Notes under the pieces: model-generated
Told to the model about the DNA's origin: nothing
The model's input: only the letters and a program-made list of their open reading frames with translations
Databases searched by the model: none
NCBI GenBank assembly: GCA_043228905.1
Contig: JBHGNT010000018.1
Coordinates: forward strand, 2,356,001-2,420,000
DNA from: Azolla caroliniana
Lineage: Eukaryota > Plantae > Polypodiophyta
DNA: 64,000 bases
Direction: 5' to 3'
Translations under genes and position numbers: made by a program
Shown here: positions 62,101-64,000 of the stretch, piece by piece
How positions within the stretch are numbered: position 1 is the first letter of the stretch
How the letters are laid out: the number at the start of each line of letters is the position of its first letter

Positions 62101-63859
62101 GTATTTTGACTGCAAACACAATATCTTCGTCTGATGACAACTTCTAAAGATAAAAAATGTATCCACATTTTAGAAGTATCATTTAGATGTATATTATAAT
62201 GAATGTGGTTCCTTAATACCACCTAATGACATGTCAAATATAGTTCTGATGACATGTCAAATGTTTTTTCTATGCAGGCCCTGAGGAGCGTTGTACAGAT
62301 GCTGAAAGAAGATAGCTTCCAGCCAGACTTATTTTGTGTAGCTCAAATCCTGAGGTATATCAAACATTGTTTCTAAATGTTTGCCATGATTCCCCAAAAT
62401 GTCGGCTGTGAAACGGTACAGTCATCTCTTCTATTTCCTATGTTGGAAAATAGTGGTTCTTCAGTTTCAAAAGTTTTTAAATGTTGTATTATGTAAAATA
62501 CATAATGATCATGATGACTCTGATTGATCTGGGTCTCTGTCTATAACTTGGGGTTCTTTATACATGTTGGATTTATTTTTTATATTTCGTCACCAAGAGC
62601 ACATGCCGGGCATTAATACACATTTCTTATTCAATAACCTTATTATTTCTCCTATGTTCTGTCATGCTGGTAACTATTGATAGTTGCGCAGCTTTTTATG
62701 CATGATCTTGTGCATGTAAAACTGTAACATGGTGATCTTTGAATGCCAGTGCATGTCATAAGATTCAAGTCAGGTTGTCCTGCTGTACATATTTCTTTTT
62801 TAGTTCCTCTATAGTTGGCTGCTTCAGTTGAAACTACTGGCCCAGACTATGGTTGGGACAGAGGAAATGTTAATTGGAGCAGGCAAAGACATAGATATCG
62901 GAAAGAACATGAAAGGCAAAGGCACTCTTCTGGATTGACACTGATGCCAAGAGATGAAAGATGGGGGCAGCTATGAGCATAGGGAAGAGAATTTGATAGC
63001 ATAGACATATTCTTGGTTGTGCGAGTTCTCCCATCTTGAATAAAAGTTGAAACACTTATAAGCTTTAAACTCACATGACAGCACACAAACCTCGTAAGAA
63101 GTTATTTTTTCAGCTGATAATTCTCTATACCTTAGAAGGACTTTAAGTTTTGTATAGATGCGCACGTGGTACAGTTGTGTTCACAATGTGATGGTGATTT
63201 ATTCCCTATATTCTTCAAGATTTCCATTTTCTAACTACACTTCTGTTTCACTGGTTATTGTCAAAGATCCCACAAATAAGTAATTTATATATGATTGCTT
63301 ATGTGGATTTGAATTTTAAGGACATGATTGAAATTGTCACATTGTTTTCAGGTGCATCTCCCTTATGATAATCTGTGATTTGATGCAGGTGCCACGTTGC
63401 ATGTCAAGAATATGGTGTTGCACTAAAGGCACTCAATGGCTATCTAAGTTCAGGTCGACCAGCACGAACTGAGTTGTTTGTTGTACGTGCCCCTCTACTT
63501 GAGATTCATAAGTATAATATTTTTCTTTAAGCTTTTTCTTGACTTCTTTTGCTGATTGGTTTTATGATTTACACACACATATGTGTCTAACGCATAAAAC
63601 CAATCAATAAAAAATGTGTGTATATAATATATGTACAAAATATATATCTTTTCAACGATTCCATGAATATATGTACTATATATTATATATATGCATGGAA
63701 TCGTAGACAAGATATAAAATTTTCTAGTGATCAGCTGTGTGTAAGCATCTCATCAGTGCATGATTTAGTCTGTTTTCATTTTGGAAATTTAAGGTATTCA
63801 TTCTGGAAGCCATGAAGGGATTTACAAGAGAAGGAATGGACACAGCTAAGAAGGTCTTG
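50155..63859 (+). CDS. Mitochondrial P-type pentatricopeptide repeat protein, At4g35850-like (3' end beyond window). Exons: 50155-50257, 57734-57881, 57959-58121, 59927-59992, 61158-61255, 61343-61460, 61550-61762, 62278-62354, 63389-63482, 63794-63859
   Basis: All introns GT-AG with consistent phases. Translation includes KRNYA.D, LLRDVYDDMILDGIQP, AFYFYEEMK.MG..PD, FNCLIATCGKC, LNKYCYAALI, LTVYHAALSACADLK, which match my recollection of Arabidopsis At4g35850. Arg/Ser-rich N-terminal presequence. Confidence 0.88.
50572..50765 (+). repeat. Three tandem units of about 64 bp in intron 1
   Basis: TCAGTCT..AGAAGCATTT.CA.ATTT.CC.T.TGCAT.TC.TTGCCAAATT repeated. Confidence 0.85.
51480..51830 (+). 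repeat. Degenerate tandem units of about 115 bp in intron 1
   Basis: TCATTCTTAGT.CT..AAA..TGT..TTTATG.AA.ATA.ATGT repeated three times. Confidence 0.65.
52857..57386 (-). CDS. Copia gag-pol polyprotein, 1509 aa, uninterrupted
   Basis: CYNCGEAGHFKNAC; WIIDSGAS protease; HQRMGH..CDAC; SDNGTEY; YVDD; YCDSDWA; RTKHIEID. Confidence 0.97.
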   Translation of the reverse strand: MEQHCPSIQERKAEIGQVDKMDDVFSKLNEDEVKTLVKYMKQAEIVASGGVTGMQPPPRLELLPVEFKLDGPATYLSWSRRIIGALAGRSLDGYLTGEEKEPPIKTSNEWKAWRATHMSLYTWLLNSMIPSIATTVDGILSVKEIWEKLQKTYAGRGNNMRVFQIEQEIDAVCQGDRMVQEYAIELERLWAEYDHFSPVTVCNDPQCKSKEISAQRRTMQFLKHLNPSFDQRRAVLLAKAEIPTLDEAIATMIQEESRMKLLSDTTGLPGVRSALMVSNTSGSENRKCYNCGEAGHFKNACPKPSKEREYGGRGQTRGRGRGGRRGARGGYQANLMVAKEEEGTKVVFTEEDQALLEILRRKQRAADDTSFMSRGNTATYAYSATSTSNTNTLASTPEWIIDSGASRHVTGNASEFSSYTHLSMPESIQIADGTIQPVVGIGTVKCTDSVTLSNVLHAPSFPVNLLSISSIIHQLKCVVSFDIPKVIFQEKGTGRRLGTGTWHSGLWYLDREGLDSALASMVEGIDVRGSRMSYEDLLILHHQRMGHASYGILSRVYPHLFEKADKTKLVCDACEFGKLTKSSYASSGHRSSHAFDVIHSDVWGPCPTSSINGYRYFVSFIDCFSRVTWLYLMRKKNEVFACFKDFHRAVQTQYGAVVKVLRSDNGTEYANMTFRAYLSDQGIQHQTTCPYTPEQNGVAERKNRHLLEVTRSMMISMNVPKQLWGQAVLTAATLINRMPSRVLEWKSPCELLQGNNSGILPLKVFGCVCFVKDSRPSVGKLDPKAVKCVFVGYSATQKGYVCWSPVEKRLFVSMDVHFRESEPYYKQGVTSPFDDLIQTENMREGDNCERLLKIGSIPLLTPTSAEKEVSVGGTEEEGNEDEEPICVGTQVEGELKVYTRKRRQKDGNVNTSSAPHVPSSSMSRPASTSEIPTELPNLEITGDMISSPSPIEIRRTSRSNAGVPPDRYGFPHDIAQFISYSNISATHRAFIASLDSVTLPKCWQVAKEDPKWKAAMQEELGALEKNKTWEIVSLPPEKKAVGCKWVFTIKQTPEGKIDRYKARLVAKGYSQTYGIDYDETFAPVAKMSTVRTLISLAVNKDWKLHQLDVKNAFLHGELMEEVYMDVPPGFGTIQTVGKVCKLRKSLYGLKQSPRAWFDRLRRAMVGMGYQQTNADHTVFFRQHKDHTTLLAVYVDDIIITGNDEGEIAQLKMQLGKEFEVKDVGLLRYFLGIEVARGAEGVVLSQRKYVLDLLKETGMLGCRPVASPIDQKIKLTELAGEKVDRERYQRLVGRLIYLTHTRPDISFAVSVVSRYMHDPRKDHMDAVYHILRYLKGAPGKGLIFRKHGHFNIEGYCDSDWASCADDRKSTSGYCMFVGGNLVSWKSKKQSVVARSTAEAEYRAIAIGVAEMLWLRTLLVELKVNQENQMMLWCDNKSAISIANNPVQHDRTKHIEIDRFFIKEKLDNGILKLSHVSTEHQVADCLTKGLGPVSLTRLCDKMGLVDIFHPS
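57616..57671 (-). promoter_or_regulatory. Cluster of MSA-like (YCYAACGGYYA) motifs upstream of the TATA in the 5' LTR
   Basis: Element strand TGTAACGGCTA, CCCAACGGCTA, CCCAACGGCCA, then TTTATAAAG. Confidence 0.55.
58460..58890. mobile_element. Possible MITE-like remnant with AAACC/GGTTT subterminal motifs in intron 3
   Basis: Dense AAACC(G/A)AA motifs on the left and GGTTTGGTTT on the right; TIR and TSD not resolved. Confidence 0.4.
59379..59497 (+). repeat. 59-bp tandem duplication in intron 3
   Basis: GCATTGGAAG.TTTGAGAAAGCCTTTCGATCTGATAAGTCA.G.TCATAGTCTTTTCAT present twice. Confidence 0.9.
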
Positions 63860-64000
63860 GTAAGCAGTTGAACCCCATATTTTTGCAGATGATTGAAATA
63901 ACAAAATTTCTGTTTTAACGACCATTAGGCAAATATATGTTTTAAAAAAAAAATGGTTATATTATATGAATGCTATATTTGCTGCATTTGAGTTGATTAA

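Overview
Repeat-rich plant nuclear DNA, probably from a non-seed plant such as a fern (inference from TE content and gene divergence; not provable here). 1-30.3 kb is a nested retrotransposon stack. A decayed Athila-like Ty3/Gypsy element (C, tRNA-Asp PBS) hosts two related Gypsy elements: A (pol visible) and B (internally deleted, AACTT TSD). A and B each carry a large extra 3' ORF. The stack also holds one full Tork/Tnt1-like Copia, three solo LTRs of that Copia family, another probable solo LTR, a hAT-type non-autonomous element and an RTE-X-like LINE tail. 30.3-50 kb is AT-rich. It contains a candidate 46-aa small-peptide gene, three L1-like LINE copies and a tRNA-derived SINE bordered by (GA)n, and a chromovirus relic. 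50.1-64 kb holds the first ten exons of a mitochondrial P-type PPR gene (At4g35850-like). Its intron 1 contains a very young, intact Ale-type Copia with identical 191-bp LTRs. The most unusual signal is in A and B: neither has a polypurine tract abutting the 3' LTR. Both have a sense copy of a tRNA-Arg-like 3' half ending in CCA, 2 nt before the LTR. This is an inverted second PBS and suggests tRNA-primed (or tRNA-mimic-primed) plus-strand synthesis.
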